A stretch of DNA of 64,000 nucleotides from an uncultured Anaerolineales bacterium (GTDB lineage: Bacteria; Planctomycetota; Phycisphaerae; FEN-1346). A program made the position numbers and the translations under genes. The first letter of the stretch is position 1. Every line of letters starts with the position of its first letter. Under the pieces are notes generated by a model. It was not told the origin of the DNA, did not search any database, and saw nothing but the letters and a program-made list of their open reading frames with translations. The stretch spans positions 3,717 through 67,716 of the forward strand of contig CAYWVR010000005.1 of assembly GCA_964461715.1 (NCBI GenBank). The letters run 5' to 3'. Positions 38,701 to 47,948 of this stretch are shown here, piece after piece.

Positions 38701-38848
38701 GGACGGGGAAATCCACTGGGTCAGCCCCGGCTCGTTCGCGGGGGCCACGGGCCGCTACGGCCGCGCTGCCGTCGCCAATCGGTCCTACCGAGCGGACTAC
38801 AATGTGGTGGAGCCGGGATTCGACGGCGAGGTGGCGCTGTACTACTGA
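35771..38848 (+). CDS. Large (1025 aa) hypothetical protein, putative glycoside-hydrolase-like
   Basis: Long ORF with uniform coding character. N-terminal FWSWNDRL...WLYDEDCWPSG region resembles TIM-barrel glycosidase families, but I cannot assign a family by eye. Confidence 0.45.
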   Translation: MDLLRKFEEGGHNGREVRPTTFWSWNDRLDSEEVRRQIREMAKAGLGGHFMHARRGLKTPYLGPEWMDAVRAAVDEARHTGVTPWLYDEDCWPSGTCSGRVYDGHEQFQGKHLMYEEIDPSRWEMSEHTVAVYVARREGEDGYRDFERLDDPHRAASAKLASGQVLLHFAYRMEEDVDVLNRAATGEFLKRTHEVYREAVGREFSRLIPGIFTDEPMYGRAGHHVPWSTALPRFYNRSTGADLLDHLPSLFFPVGVWRQVRFDFYESLTRLFLLAWTMPVYQWCGRNRLALTGHMMAEDTLLSQVQFLGAAMPHYEYMHIPGIDHLGRGLGSPVLVKQAASAAAQLGRRRVLSEMFGCSGWNVSFDDLRWIAEWQFVLGVNLVCQHLSSYTLAGDRKRDFPPSLHYHQPWWPNYWLWNDYAGRLLSVLTAGEPVVDVLVLHPIASAWAEFSPLDAGPVKALDEKLRHLVDTLLGMHADFHFGDELILERHARVEKGELIVGPRRYRAVIVPDATTLRKSTVDLLKRFRRSKGRLVFAGRVPETVDGVASDDPASLARGATRLDPAASKGRASLKRAVKPGVAVLAGRSKSATGVLAQWRTVGKDQVFFFLNTEPKEVKATVRVPAVGTVVRMDPATGRSWELEANSANGRSTSTFKHAFGPRESLLVLVRPKGEPVDAWEAPAARPSRRKVLGGKWEIRRRDPNALVLDRARWRTDEGEYSEPMDVRDIQQTLFRAGAQERIVLKYKFHCRLSDVKGRRFELVMEDPGACEMWFAGMRTPLTDVGSYWDSAFRRVDVTPYVRKGENTLEIRRPWHVDPHKRACLLGLASGWEVRTAVPDTEVEAVYVIGDFGVAFEGGTEQGGNDSRWMKGPPVLVEESEAVNPGDLLRSGYPMFAGCVTLTRDVVLDAEPDYDAVLELPPFGAVTARVEVNGQEAGLVWKTPRTVPVGELLQKGSNRIQVTLSTSLRNLLGPHHHKDGEIHWVSPGSFAGATGRYGRAAVANRSYRADYNVVEPGFDGEVALYY

Positions 38849-38938
38849 TAGGCCCGGCGAAGCCGATTGTGTCATGGGCGGGCCCGCGAGAGGTCGAAAT
38901 ACGGGCAGGGAGAGCCGCGCCATGACCGCGTACGATTC

Positions 38939-38966
38939 TTGACATGGGAAGGCTGAATGCTACACT
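38939..38966 (+). promoter_or_regulatory. Candidate sigma-70-type promoter upstream of the EPS/exosortase locus
   Basis: TTGACA-N16-TGcTACACT (extended -10 TG). About 135 nt upstream of the Wza-like start. Confidence 0.4.
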
Positions 38967-39099
38967 GACCGGTGAAAAGGGGGCGTCTGTGGCGACCGTC
39001 GCATCGCGCGAGGGAAGTAGGTCCTGCCTGCGACGGGACCGGGGCCCGGAGGGAAAACGCAGGCCCGTTGCCCTTGCCGAGTGATCCGAAGGAGCCTAG

Positions 39100-40970
39100 A
39101 GGTGGCTAAACGCCTACGTGCTGCATCAGCGCGGCCCTGCGGGCGTCGCGCGGCCCATGCGATTCTTCTGGCGGCAGGGGCCGCAGCTCTGGCGGCGCTG
39201 GCCGTCGGGGGCTGCACGCGGTACCACACCCTGGCCCAGAACGAGATCGGCGCGTACGGATGGGACAGCCGTCCCAGCACCGTCGAGAACCCCCAGCGCC
39301 GTCGCCTGCCCATCGTCGACAACGAGAACTACTGGATTCAGAAGGAAGTCCAGCCCGAGGAGGCGTTCCCCGGCCCCACGCCGGCGGACCTCCGGACCCC
39401 CGAGGGCGACTACATCCTCGGCCCCGGCGACCTTGTCGATATCATCATCCAGGAGCTGCTCCGTCCCGGTGAGCCCTACGGTGTCCAGCAACGCATCAGC
39501 CAGAGCGGCCAGATTTCGCTCCCCTACGTCGGCACGATCAAGGCGGCAGGCCTGACGGCCCGGGGCCTGGAGGAGAAGATCGCCGACATCCTCGAACCCG
39601 ACTACCTCATCGGGCCCCAGGTGTCGATCTTCGTCCGTGAGTTCCGGAACCTGAGCGTCGCCCTCTTGGCGGGCGTCTTCCGGCCCGGCCTGTACGAGAT
39701 GCCCAAGCAGGACATGACGTTGCTGGAGCTGATCGCCCAGGCGGGAGGCGTGGTGCAGCTCGTGGAAGACTACGGCTACATCATCCGCGAGTACGCCCCG
39801 GAGGAGGCGGACCTGCTGATGCTCGAGCAGGGCCTGCCGGGGATCGAGGAGACGCCGGAGATGCCGGCGCTGCCGGCCCTGGAGGTCCCGCCCGCTCCCG
39901 AAAGAGAGGAGACGGACGAGACGGAGTCCGAGCCACCCGCGCCGGCCGCCATTGGCATCATGCCCGGTGGCGAGGACGTTGAGGAGGCGATGAACGAGAC
40001 GGCCCCCGAGGGCGCCCCCGGCGAGCGCACCGCTCCGCCCGCCGACGCCCGCGAGATGCTCGAACGCATGGCCGTCGGCGAGATGCCGGAGGTCCGCGAG
40101 ATCGAGCGGGCCGAGACGGCCCTGGCCGCCGCGACCCCCGCGCCCGACGCGACCCGAGCCGCGGCTCCCGCCGACGGCGAGGAGCTGGGCCGATGGATCT
40201 GGATGGACGGTAAGTGGGTCGAGGTCAAGCCTGCGGCCCCGCCGGCCACACCCGAACCGCCGCCGGCTGAGACGCCGCCCGCGGAAATCCCGGCCGAGGA
40301 GGCCCCGCCTTCGGAGGAAGCTCCCACCGAGACGGCCGTCGTCGAGGTCCCGCCTCCGACCCGCGAAACCCCCGCCGAAGTGCCGGTGGAGGACGGGGCC
40401 TTCGCCAAGGCCCGCCGCTCGCTCGAAGAGAAGCTGCGGCGGCTCGGCGTCGTCCAGGGCTCCGGGCAACTCCGGCGAATCATCCGCTTCGACGTCGAGG
40501 CCCTCCAGGCCGGCGACCCGACGCAGAACATCGTCCTTCGCGACGGCGACATCGTCACGATTCCCTCCCCGCCCGTGGGCGACTTCTACATGGTCGGCCA
40601 GGTGTCCCGGCCCGGCGTCTACAGCCTGACCGGCCGCAAGATCACGGTGCTCCAGGCGGTGGCGGCGGCGGGTGGACTGACGGCCGTGGCCGTGCCCTGG
40701 CGCACCGAGCTGGTCCGCCGCGTGGCCGAGGATACCGAAGAGATCGTCTACGTGGACCTGGCGAAGATCGCGCGCGGCGAGGCGCCGGACTTCTATCTGC
40801 ATCCGGAGGACGTCGTCCGCGTGGGGACCGACCAGGGGGCCATCTTCAACGCCGTCCTGCGCAACGCCTTCCGGGCGACCTACGGTCTCGGGGCGGTTTA
40901 CGACATGAACTTCGCCGACTTCTACCCGTGGACCGACGCGGCGTATCCGCTGTTCCCCGGGTTCCACTAG
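39100..40970 (+). CDS. Polysaccharide export protein (Wza-like, SLBB domains) with long Pro/Glu/Ala-rich insert
   Basis: Lipoprotein-like signal (AILLAAGAAALAALAVGGC). Polysacc_synt export motif GPGDLVDIII. SLBB-type blocks (ISLPYVGTIKAAGLT; DGDIVTIPSPPVGDFYMVGQVSRPGVY). Start at GTG 39100 (AAGGAG SD 6 nt upstream); alternative GTG at 39081. Confidence 0.75.
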
Positions 40971-40979
40971 CCGCGGGGG

Positions 40980-42266
40980 ATGGGAGCGCGCGGCGCCGCA
41001 ACGGGGCGGGAGTGGGGGCGGAAAGGACCGCGTGTGGCTGAGGCGCAGGCGTCGAGCGGCGACCGGCAGCATCCCGACCGCGCCGACGGCCCCGCGCCGT
41101 GGCGATGGAACGACGTCCTTACTCCGCGCACCGTCCTGCAGCTCGTCCTCCTGCTGGGCCTCGTCGCGTGGCTCTACTGGTACCCCTTGGTCCGGTGGGA
41201 GGCGATCTGGAACGCCAACGACGCCTGGAGCTACGGCTACTTCATTCCCGTCGTGGCCGTGCTGATCACGCATTTTCGGCTCCAGGAGAAGGGGGGGCGG
41301 CCCATGCGACCATGCGCGTGGGGACTGGCCCTCGTCCTCGGCGGACTCGTCCTTCGCATCTGGCCCCAGATGCTCCGCTTCTCCTATCCGGGGGAGATCA
41401 CCTTCGTCCTCGTCGTGGCGGGAGTTGTGCTCTGGATGCTCGGGTGGGAGATGTTCAAGGTCCTCTGGGTGCCGGTGGCGTACCTGTGGCTCATGATCCC
41501 GTGGCCGGATCGCATCTACGGCCGGATCGCGCTGCCCGCCCAGCAGATGGCCGCCATCTTCACCGAGAAGTTCCTGGCGATCATCGGGACGCCGGTGCTG
41601 AGGCGCGGCAACGTTCTGGAGCTGGAGAGCGGGCCGCTCCAGGTGGCCGAGGCGTGCTCGGGCCTGCGCTTGCTGCTGGCGTTCGTGGCCCTGGGCGTGA
41701 TGATGGCCTTCATCAACAGACGTTCGAGCTGGCAGCGGGCCGTCATCATCATCTCCAGCGTGCCCATCGCCGTCTTCTGCAACTTCATCCGCGTCACGCT
41801 CATGGCCCTCTCCTCCAACGCCCTCCACTACGAGGCGCGGCGGCTGGCGGCGGGGGACCCCACGTGGAGCTCCTGGATGCCGCGCGTCGTCACTTGGTCG
41901 AGCACCGCCTGGGTGGGCGTGGTGCTGGTGTGCCTGGCGGTGTTTCTGCTGGTGACGGGCGGGAGTCGCGGGGCGATGGGGCGGCTGGGGTCGCCGCTGG
42001 GGATTCTAGGGCTTCTGGTGGTGGGCGTCGCGGTGGTGCTCGGAACAGCCGACCTCGTCCTCGGGTATCCCGAGCCGGCCCAGCTTCAGGCGGTGCGCGA
42101 GACGGTGCTGAACCCCGAGAGCGCCCCGCACCAGGCTTTCGGGTTCCTCATGCTCGGCCTGGCGTTTGTCCTGATGTGGGCCGAGCTTCGGATCATCGAC
42201 AAGCTGGTGGACATGTTGTTCATCGAGGACGACGTTTCGCCGGAGAAGGCGGCGTCGGGGGGCTAG
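40980..42266 (+). CDS. Exosortase (EpsH/XrtA-like) family protein
   Basis: 8 TM helices with conserved exosortase residues in context: WPDRIYG..., AEACSGLRLL (Cys in the catalytic motif) and NFIRVTLMAL (Arg). Exact start uncertain. Confidence 0.8.
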   Translation: MGARGAATGREWGRKGPRVAEAQASSGDRQHPDRADGPAPWRWNDVLTPRTVLQLVLLLGLVAWLYWYPLVRWEAIWNANDAWSYGYFIPVVAVLITHFRLQEKGGRPMRPCAWGLALVLGGLVLRIWPQMLRFSYPGEITFVLVVAGVVLWMLGWEMFKVLWVPVAYLWLMIPWPDRIYGRIALPAQQMAAIFTEKFLAIIGTPVLRRGNVLELESGPLQVAEACSGLRLLLAFVALGVMMAFINRRSSWQRAVIIISSVPIAVFCNFIRVTLMALSSNALHYEARRLAAGDPTWSSWMPRVVTWSSTAWVGVVLVCLAVFLLVTGGSRGAMGRLGSPLGILGLLVVGVAVVLGTADLVLGYPEPAQLQAVRETVLNPESAPHQAFGFLMLGLAFVLMWAELRIIDKLVDMLFIEDDVSPEKAASGG

Positions 42267-42281
42267 TCGAAACGAGCGCAA

Positions 42282-43424
42282 GTGCTTATGATGCAAGGCG
42301 TTAAACCGAATCTGAACCGGCGTTTGGCTCTGGCGGCCGCGGCCTTGTTCGTGGCGGTCACGGTGGTGGCGGCCGTTCAGGCCCGCTGGGCTTCGGCCCG
42401 GGCCGAAGGAGTCGAGACCGGGACCACCAGCCGCGACCAGGCCGCCCGCAACGTCGCCTTCGCGTGGGCCGCGGTGGGGGCGGCCGTCGTGGCGGCGGGG
42501 CTGTCGGCGGCGGCGGGGATGGGCGTCCCGCACGGACGCATGGTGGCGTGCGCGGCAACGGTGCCGGCGGCGCTGGTCTTCATTGGCAGCGCGCCGCCCT
42601 TGGCGCCGCATCTTCAAGGCGTCCTGTCGGGGTCGGCGATCGTGAACATCGCGGGGTTCGTGGGGGCCGGCGCGGCTGCCACGTTGCTCATCCTGCTCGT
42701 CCGGCGGTTCGATCCGATGAAACACTACGGCATGGCAGTGGGCGTGCTGGCGGTGGCGAGCGTGTTTTTCACGCTCTGGGAACCGCCGCCACCCAAGCCC
42801 CTCGATCCGCAGCAGCCCCTCGACGCCCTGATCGACCGACTCGTGCCGGAGGGATGGCGGGCCCGCCCGGTCCCCATGCAGCCGGGCGTCGAGGAGGCCC
42901 TCGGGGCCGACGAGTACCTGAGCATCGAACTGGAGTCCGTCGGCGGCAAACGTCGCGCGATGATCTTCATCCCGTACAATGCCGACGCAATGTCGAACAT
43001 CCCTCACGTGCCGTGGGTCTGCATGACCCAGGCGGGGTACGCGCTGGTCAACATGCGCGAGGACGCGTTGCCCATGCTCGACGAGACGGGCCGCGAGATG
43101 CCTGTCAACGTGATCCTCTTCGAGCCGGGCCTGGAGCTGGCGGGACGGCCCGGGGCCCTGATGTTCCACACGTTCAACGTCGGTTGGCAGTTCACGGCCG
43201 ATCGGCAGATGGCCCGGTGGCTGGCCACGACCGGCGCGCTGGGCGAGACCGGAAGCTACCTGACGCAGATTCAGGTCGTCATTTATCTGACGCCGGACGA
43301 CCGCGAGGCTCCGCTCGACGAGAAGGGCGAGGCGTACCGTCTCGGGGCGTCCCTGGTGCAGCACATGGTGCCCATCCTGGAGAAGGCATACTACCCCCGG
43401 CCGCAAGGGGCTGAAGGAGGCTGA
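42282..43424 (+). CDS. Exosortase-associated EpsI-family protein with N-terminal hydrophobic extension
   Basis: C-terminal 200 aa carries an EpsI-like pattern (ADEYLSIELE..., HVPWVCMTQAGYALV, VIYLTPDD). Immediately follows the exosortase gene. Confidence 0.65.
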   Translation: MLMMQGVKPNLNRRLALAAAALFVAVTVVAAVQARWASARAEGVETGTTSRDQAARNVAFAWAAVGAAVVAAGLSAAAGMGVPHGRMVACAATVPAALVFIGSAPPLAPHLQGVLSGSAIVNIAGFVGAGAAATLLILLVRRFDPMKHYGMAVGVLAVASVFFTLWEPPPPKPLDPQQPLDALIDRLVPEGWRARPVPMQPGVEEALGADEYLSIELESVGGKRRAMIFIPYNADAMSNIPHVPWVCMTQAGYALVNMREDALPMLDETGREMPVNVILFEPGLELAGRPGALMFHTFNVGWQFTADRQMARWLATTGALGETGSYLTQIQVVIYLTPDDREAPLDEKGEAYRLGASLVQHMVPILEKAYYPRPQGAEGG

Positions 43425-43430
43425 TTTCCC

Positions 43431-46400
43431 ATGGCCCGACGACTCAACAAGAAGCTGCTGATCCAGCTCCTGATCTTCGTCGGCGTGCCCCTGGCGCTGC
43501 TGGCGTACGCGATCCTGGCCCTGGACATCGGCGCCCTGTTCGGCGGCGGCGACCCGGAGGAGCTGATGGCCGAGGCCGAGGAACTGATGGAGAAGGAGGA
43601 TTGGGCCGAGGCGTTCATCCGTATCCGCATGGCCGCCGGGGCCGACAGCGACCGCGAGCATCCGGAAATCCAGTTCCTGATGGGAAAGATCGCTCTTCGT
43701 CAGGAGCCGCCCCAGGTCATCGCCGCCCGCGGCGCGTTCGAGAACGCCATTGCCGCCGACCCGAGCAATCTGGAGGCCCGCCGCGAGCTGGCCGCCCTCT
43801 ACGTCCTCCATCCGCTGAACCTGCCGGAACCCATCGGCCGCGTTTCGGCCCGCACCCTCGGGCTCGACCGTCTCTATGCCCTCTCCAGCCGCTTCGGCTA
43901 CTGGAGCCAGGTCCTCCCGGCCGCCCGCCGCGCCATCCGCGCCCTGAAGGAGGCCGATCCGGACTACGCCCCCGTCCACGTCTGGGACGCCATGATCGAG
44001 CTGATCCTCGCGGACCGCGAGACGCTTCGGCAGGAGCAGATTCCCCACTACGAGGAGGCGGCCCGGCTCGCGGTCGAGGGTATCGAAAAGACCCCGCAAG
44101 AACTGGACCTCTACCGGGTGCTGGCCCGCGCATATGAGAAGCTGGACCGTCCGGAGGACCTGGAGCAGGCCCTGGACCTGGCCATCGAGAACAATCCGCA
44201 GCTCGCGGAGGCGTACGCGATGAAGGCGTCGCGCCTGATCGACCTCGACCAGCTGGACGAGGCCGTCGCCATCCTGGAGCAGGGCCGGGCCGCCGCCGGA
44301 GAAAACGCCGGTCTCCGTGTCACCCTCGCCGAGGCCGCCATCCGCCGCGGGCAGGGCGACGTTGCCGTCGACCATCTCGAAAAGGCCATCGCCCTGGAGC
44401 CGGATCGGGAGGCGGCTCATCTGAGGCTGGCCCTGCTGTACCGGTCGCAGGGCGAACGGGAGAAGGCTGCCGAGGCGCTGGCGCGCGGCGTGGAGGCGAA
44501 CCCGGAGGCGGTGCGCCTGCGCGTGGAGCAGGCCGACCTGTTCATGGATGAGCAGGAGTACGAGAAGGCCGACGCCATCCTCGCCGACTTGGAGGACTCC
44601 CGGGCCGACGCCGAGATCGCCTACCTCAAGGGCAAGCGGGCCCTGACCGAGCAGCAGTACCGCCGGGCGATCGTACACCTCGAAGAGGCCTGCCGCCTCG
44701 GTGCCGCGCCGCGCGCCCGGCTCCTGCTCGGCCGGGCCTACTACGTGACGGGCGAGCTGGGGGCGGCCGAGAACGAGCTGCGTCAACTCGTCGCCCAGAC
44801 GCGTCTGACCGCCGCCCATCGGACCCTCGCCGAGGTCGAGCTGCGGCTCCGGAAGTGGGACCTGGCAGCCCAACACGCCACGGCCGTCCTCCAAGCCAAC
44901 GCGCAGGACGCGGAGATGCGACGACTGCTGGCCCGGGCGCTGCTGGAGGAGGGCCGGCCGGAGGCGGCCCTGGCCGAGGCCCGCACCGCGGCCGGCGATG
45001 CCCCCGAGGACCCCGCCGCCCTCGTCCTCCTCTACGAGATCTACGCCCGCCAGGACAAGCCGGCCGAGGCCGAGGCCGCTCTCCTCAAGGCCAAGGAACT
45101 GGGCGAGGATCTCGAAACCGTCTACCGGCTCCTGCTCGACTTCTACCGCCGCACCGGCCAGGAGGAGAAGCTACAGGCCCTCGCGGCCGAGGCCCGCGAA
45201 ATCCTGCCGGATGCCCTCCTTCTCCAGGGCGACCAGACGCCTGAGGAAATGGTCGAGCAGTTGCGGGCCCGCATCCAGGAGGACCCGAGTCGCACCCGCG
45301 ACCGGATCGCCTTGGCCGCCCTTCTCGGCATGCTTGATCGGGGCGACGAGAGCCGCCAACTCTACCACGAGGTCCTCGATCGGGCCGAGGCGGGCTCGCG
45401 CGAGTGGCGCCGGGCCTGGCAGCAGCTCTTCATGTCCGCCCTCCAGGGACGCGACTACGAAGTGGCCGCGGACCTCATCGATCGCTTGAAGACGGCCAGC
45501 CCGGATGCGCCGGAGGTCCTCTTTGCCGATCCCATCCTGGACCTCGTCCAGGGCCGCCTCGACGCCGCCATCGAGAAGCTCACCCTCGTGCTCCAGGATA
45601 ACCCGTCGCTGTCGGCGGCCCACTTTCTGCTGGCCCAGATTCTTCTGAACCAGGGGAAGACGGAGGAGGCGGCGGGGGCCCTGCGGCGGGCGGTGGAGAC
45701 CCGCCCCAACCTCGTGGCCGCCCACATGATGCTCGGCCGCATCTACCTGGACCAGGGCAACTATCCCGGGGCGATGGTCGAGGCCGGCGAGGCCCTTCGG
45801 TTCTCGCCGCGGTATCTGCCGGCCCTCGAGCTCAAGGCCGCCGCCCAGGTCGGGCAGGGGGCTTGGGACGCCGCCGCCGAGACTCGCCGCGAGATTGCCC
45901 GCCTCGCGCCCACCCGCGTCGATAACCTCCAGGCCCTCGCCAACCTCTACATGCAGCTGCGCAAGATGGACGAGGCGGAGGCGGTCCTGAAGAAGGCCCG
46001 GGAGCTCGCCCCGGACGACGCGCGCCTCGTGCTCGCGCTGGCGGAGTTCCATGCTCGAACCGGACGCCGCGCCGACGCCGACGCCTTCATCGAGGCTTAC
46101 GTTGCCGAGCATCCCGACGACCCGGGCGCCCTGGTCATGAAGGCCAATTTCCTCGCCGAGTACGAAACCGCCGAGGCCGCCGAGCCGTTCTATCACCAGG
46201 CCTTCGAGGCCAACCCCGAGGATATCCGGCCGTTGCTCATCCTCGGCGACCAGTACGCCATGCGCATGGACTGGCCGAAGGCCGAGGCCGTCTATACGGA
46301 CGCGCTGACCCGGTTCCCGGACAACGCCCTCGTCAAGAAGCGGCTCGCCGACGTCTACATGCTCCAGATGGAGCTCGACAGAGCCGAGGCGCTCGTCGAG

Positions 46401-47867
46401 GAGGTCCTCGAAGCCGACCCCGGGGACGCCCAGGCCCTGATCGTGCGCGGGCGCATCGCCGGACGCCGTAACGAGATCGAGCAGGGCCGCCGCTACATCG
46501 AGCAGGCCCTCCGGATCAACCCCTCTTTCGGCGAGGCCCGGTACTGGATGGCCGGGCTCTTGGCCGCCTCCGATCCCGTCGAGGCCGTCAACCAGCTCAA
46601 CGTGGTCGGTGCCAACGACCCGTCCTTCGAGAAGGCCATGCTTCTGCGGGCCCGCATCAACATGCGTCGCGGGAGGGCCTCCGACGCCATCCTGGACCTG
46701 CGGCGGCTCCTCGACTACCGGCCGACGAGCCTCGACGGGCGGCGTCTGCTCGCCCAGTACTACCTCCAGACGGGCGAGCCCGGCCGGGCCCTCGACCTGC
46801 TGAAGGAGCTGGTCGAGGAGCGGCCCGACCCGCAGCTCCAGCTCCTTTACGGCGAGGCCCTCTACGGCGCGGGGCGCCATGCCGACGCCCTGGCCGTCTT
46901 CGAGGCCGCCCGTGCCGCGCAGCCCGAGCTGCCGGCGGCCCTCGAAGGCGAGGCCCGCGCGCTGGTCCAGCTCGGGCGGACCGAGGAGGCCGAGAAGCGG
47001 ATCTACGACGTCATGGCCCGGTTCGAGAAGGAGGTCTGGCCGCGCCTCGCTCTGGTCCGCGTCCACGAGATGACCGACCAGTTGGACAGGGCCCTCGAAG
47101 TCCTCGGCAACGGTTTGCTCCAGGACCCGCGGTGGGAGGCGGGCTACCTCCTCCAGGCCCAAATCCTGCTCCGCTCCGCCCGCGAAGGGCATCCCCGAAA
47201 GGACGAGCTCAGGGCTCGGGCCCGCCAGACCATCGTCGCCGGGACCCAGCGGGTCCCCGAGAGTCTCCCTCTGCGGACGCTGCTTGCCCAGATGGCGCTC
47301 GAAGACCAGCGGTACGAGGAGGCCCGCAAGGTCCTCGAATACGTCGCCCGAGAGTTCGAGCAGCGCTACAGCCTCCTGCCCCAGGACCTGCCGGAGCTGC
47401 GCCCCTATCTCCCCGGCGTCCGCCTCTACAGCCTGACCTACTACTACATGGGCGAGACCGCGAAGGCCCTGGAGTGGGCCCGAAAAATCTGGAATCTGGA
47501 CCCGACGGACGCCCCCAACGCCAACAACCTGGCCTGGCTCCTCGCGACCGAGGAGAACCGCCTCGACGAGGCCCGGGCCATCATCCGCAAGGTCCGCGAC
47601 ATCGTCCCCAACAACCCCCAGATTCTCGACACCGCCGGCTGGATCGAGCACCTGCGCGGCGAGACGCCCCGGGCCGTCGAGCTGCTTACCGAGAGCATCC
47701 GTCGCGGCGGCAACCCGGAGGCCCACTATCACCTCGGACGCATCTACGAGGAAACCGGCCGCCTCGACGACGCCGCACGCGAGTACCGCCAGGCTCTGGA
47801 GATGGGGCTCCAGGGCGAGGATCGCCGCGAGGCCGAAGCCCGGCTTCAGAAGCTGCCTCAAGCCTGA
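43431..47867 (+). CDS. Giant TPR-repeat protein (PEP-CTERM-system PrsT-like), 1478 aa
   Basis: N-terminal TM helix, then more than 30 TPR-like units along the entire length (recurring A-x-x-x-L/Y-x-x-A-L...P-x-x pattern). Confidence 0.75.
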   Translation: MARRLNKKLLIQLLIFVGVPLALLAYAILALDIGALFGGGDPEELMAEAEELMEKEDWAEAFIRIRMAAGADSDREHPEIQFLMGKIALRQEPPQVIAARGAFENAIAADPSNLEARRELAALYVLHPLNLPEPIGRVSARTLGLDRLYALSSRFGYWSQVLPAARRAIRALKEADPDYAPVHVWDAMIELILADRETLRQEQIPHYEEAARLAVEGIEKTPQELDLYRVLARAYEKLDRPEDLEQALDLAIENNPQLAEAYAMKASRLIDLDQLDEAVAILEQGRAAAGENAGLRVTLAEAAIRRGQGDVAVDHLEKAIALEPDREAAHLRLALLYRSQGEREKAAEALARGVEANPEAVRLRVEQADLFMDEQEYEKADAILADLEDSRADAEIAYLKGKRALTEQQYRRAIVHLEEACRLGAAPRARLLLGRAYYVTGELGAAENELRQLVAQTRLTAAHRTLAEVELRLRKWDLAAQHATAVLQANAQDAEMRRLLARALLEEGRPEAALAEARTAAGDAPEDPAALVLLYEIYARQDKPAEAEAALLKAKELGEDLETVYRLLLDFYRRTGQEEKLQALAAEAREILPDALLLQGDQTPEEMVEQLRARIQEDPSRTRDRIALAALLGMLDRGDESRQLYHEVLDRAEAGSREWRRAWQQLFMSALQGRDYEVAADLIDRLKTASPDAPEVLFADPILDLVQGRLDAAIEKLTLVLQDNPSLSAAHFLLAQILLNQGKTEEAAGALRRAVETRPNLVAAHMMLGRIYLDQGNYPGAMVEAGEALRFSPRYLPALELKAAAQVGQGAWDAAAETRREIARLAPTRVDNLQALANLYMQLRKMDEAEAVLKKARELAPDDARLVLALAEFHARTGRRADADAFIEAYVAEHPDDPGALVMKANFLAEYETAEAAEPFYHQAFEANPEDIRPLLILGDQYAMRMDWPKAEAVYTDALTRFPDNALVKKRLADVYMLQMELDRAEALVEEVLEADPGDAQALIVRGRIAGRRNEIEQGRRYIEQALRINPSFGEARYWMAGLLAASDPVEAVNQLNVVGANDPSFEKAMLLRARINMRRGRASDAILDLRRLLDYRPTSLDGRRLLAQYYLQTGEPGRALDLLKELVEERPDPQLQLLYGEALYGAGRHADALAVFEAARAAQPELPAALEGEARALVQLGRTEEAEKRIYDVMARFEKEVWPRLALVRVHEMTDQLDRALEVLGNGLLQDPRWEAGYLLQAQILLRSAREGHPRKDELRARARQTIVAGTQRVPESLPLRTLLAQMALEDQRYEEARKVLEYVAREFEQRYSLLPQDLPELRPYLPGVRLYSLTYYYMGETAKALEWARKIWNLDPTDAPNANNLAWLLATEENRLDEARAIIRKVRDIVPNNPQILDTAGWIEHLRGETPRAVELLTESIRRGGNPEAHYHLGRIYEETGRLDDAAREYRQALEMGLQGEDRREAEARLQKLPQA

Positions 47868-47948
47868 GCGGCACGGGAGGGCAAGAAAAGTGTTCGACTC
47901 CGAGACGCTTTTCCGATATACCTTAAGCCGGATCGAGGAGATGAGACT

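Noticed and set aside
35840..41828. Minus-strand ORFs 35840-38923 and 39126-41828, and the alternative-frame ORFs 53555-56284 (-) and 53737-56307 (+)
   Set aside because: Antisense or alternative-frame shadows of real genes. Translations are R/G/P/H-rich without domains.
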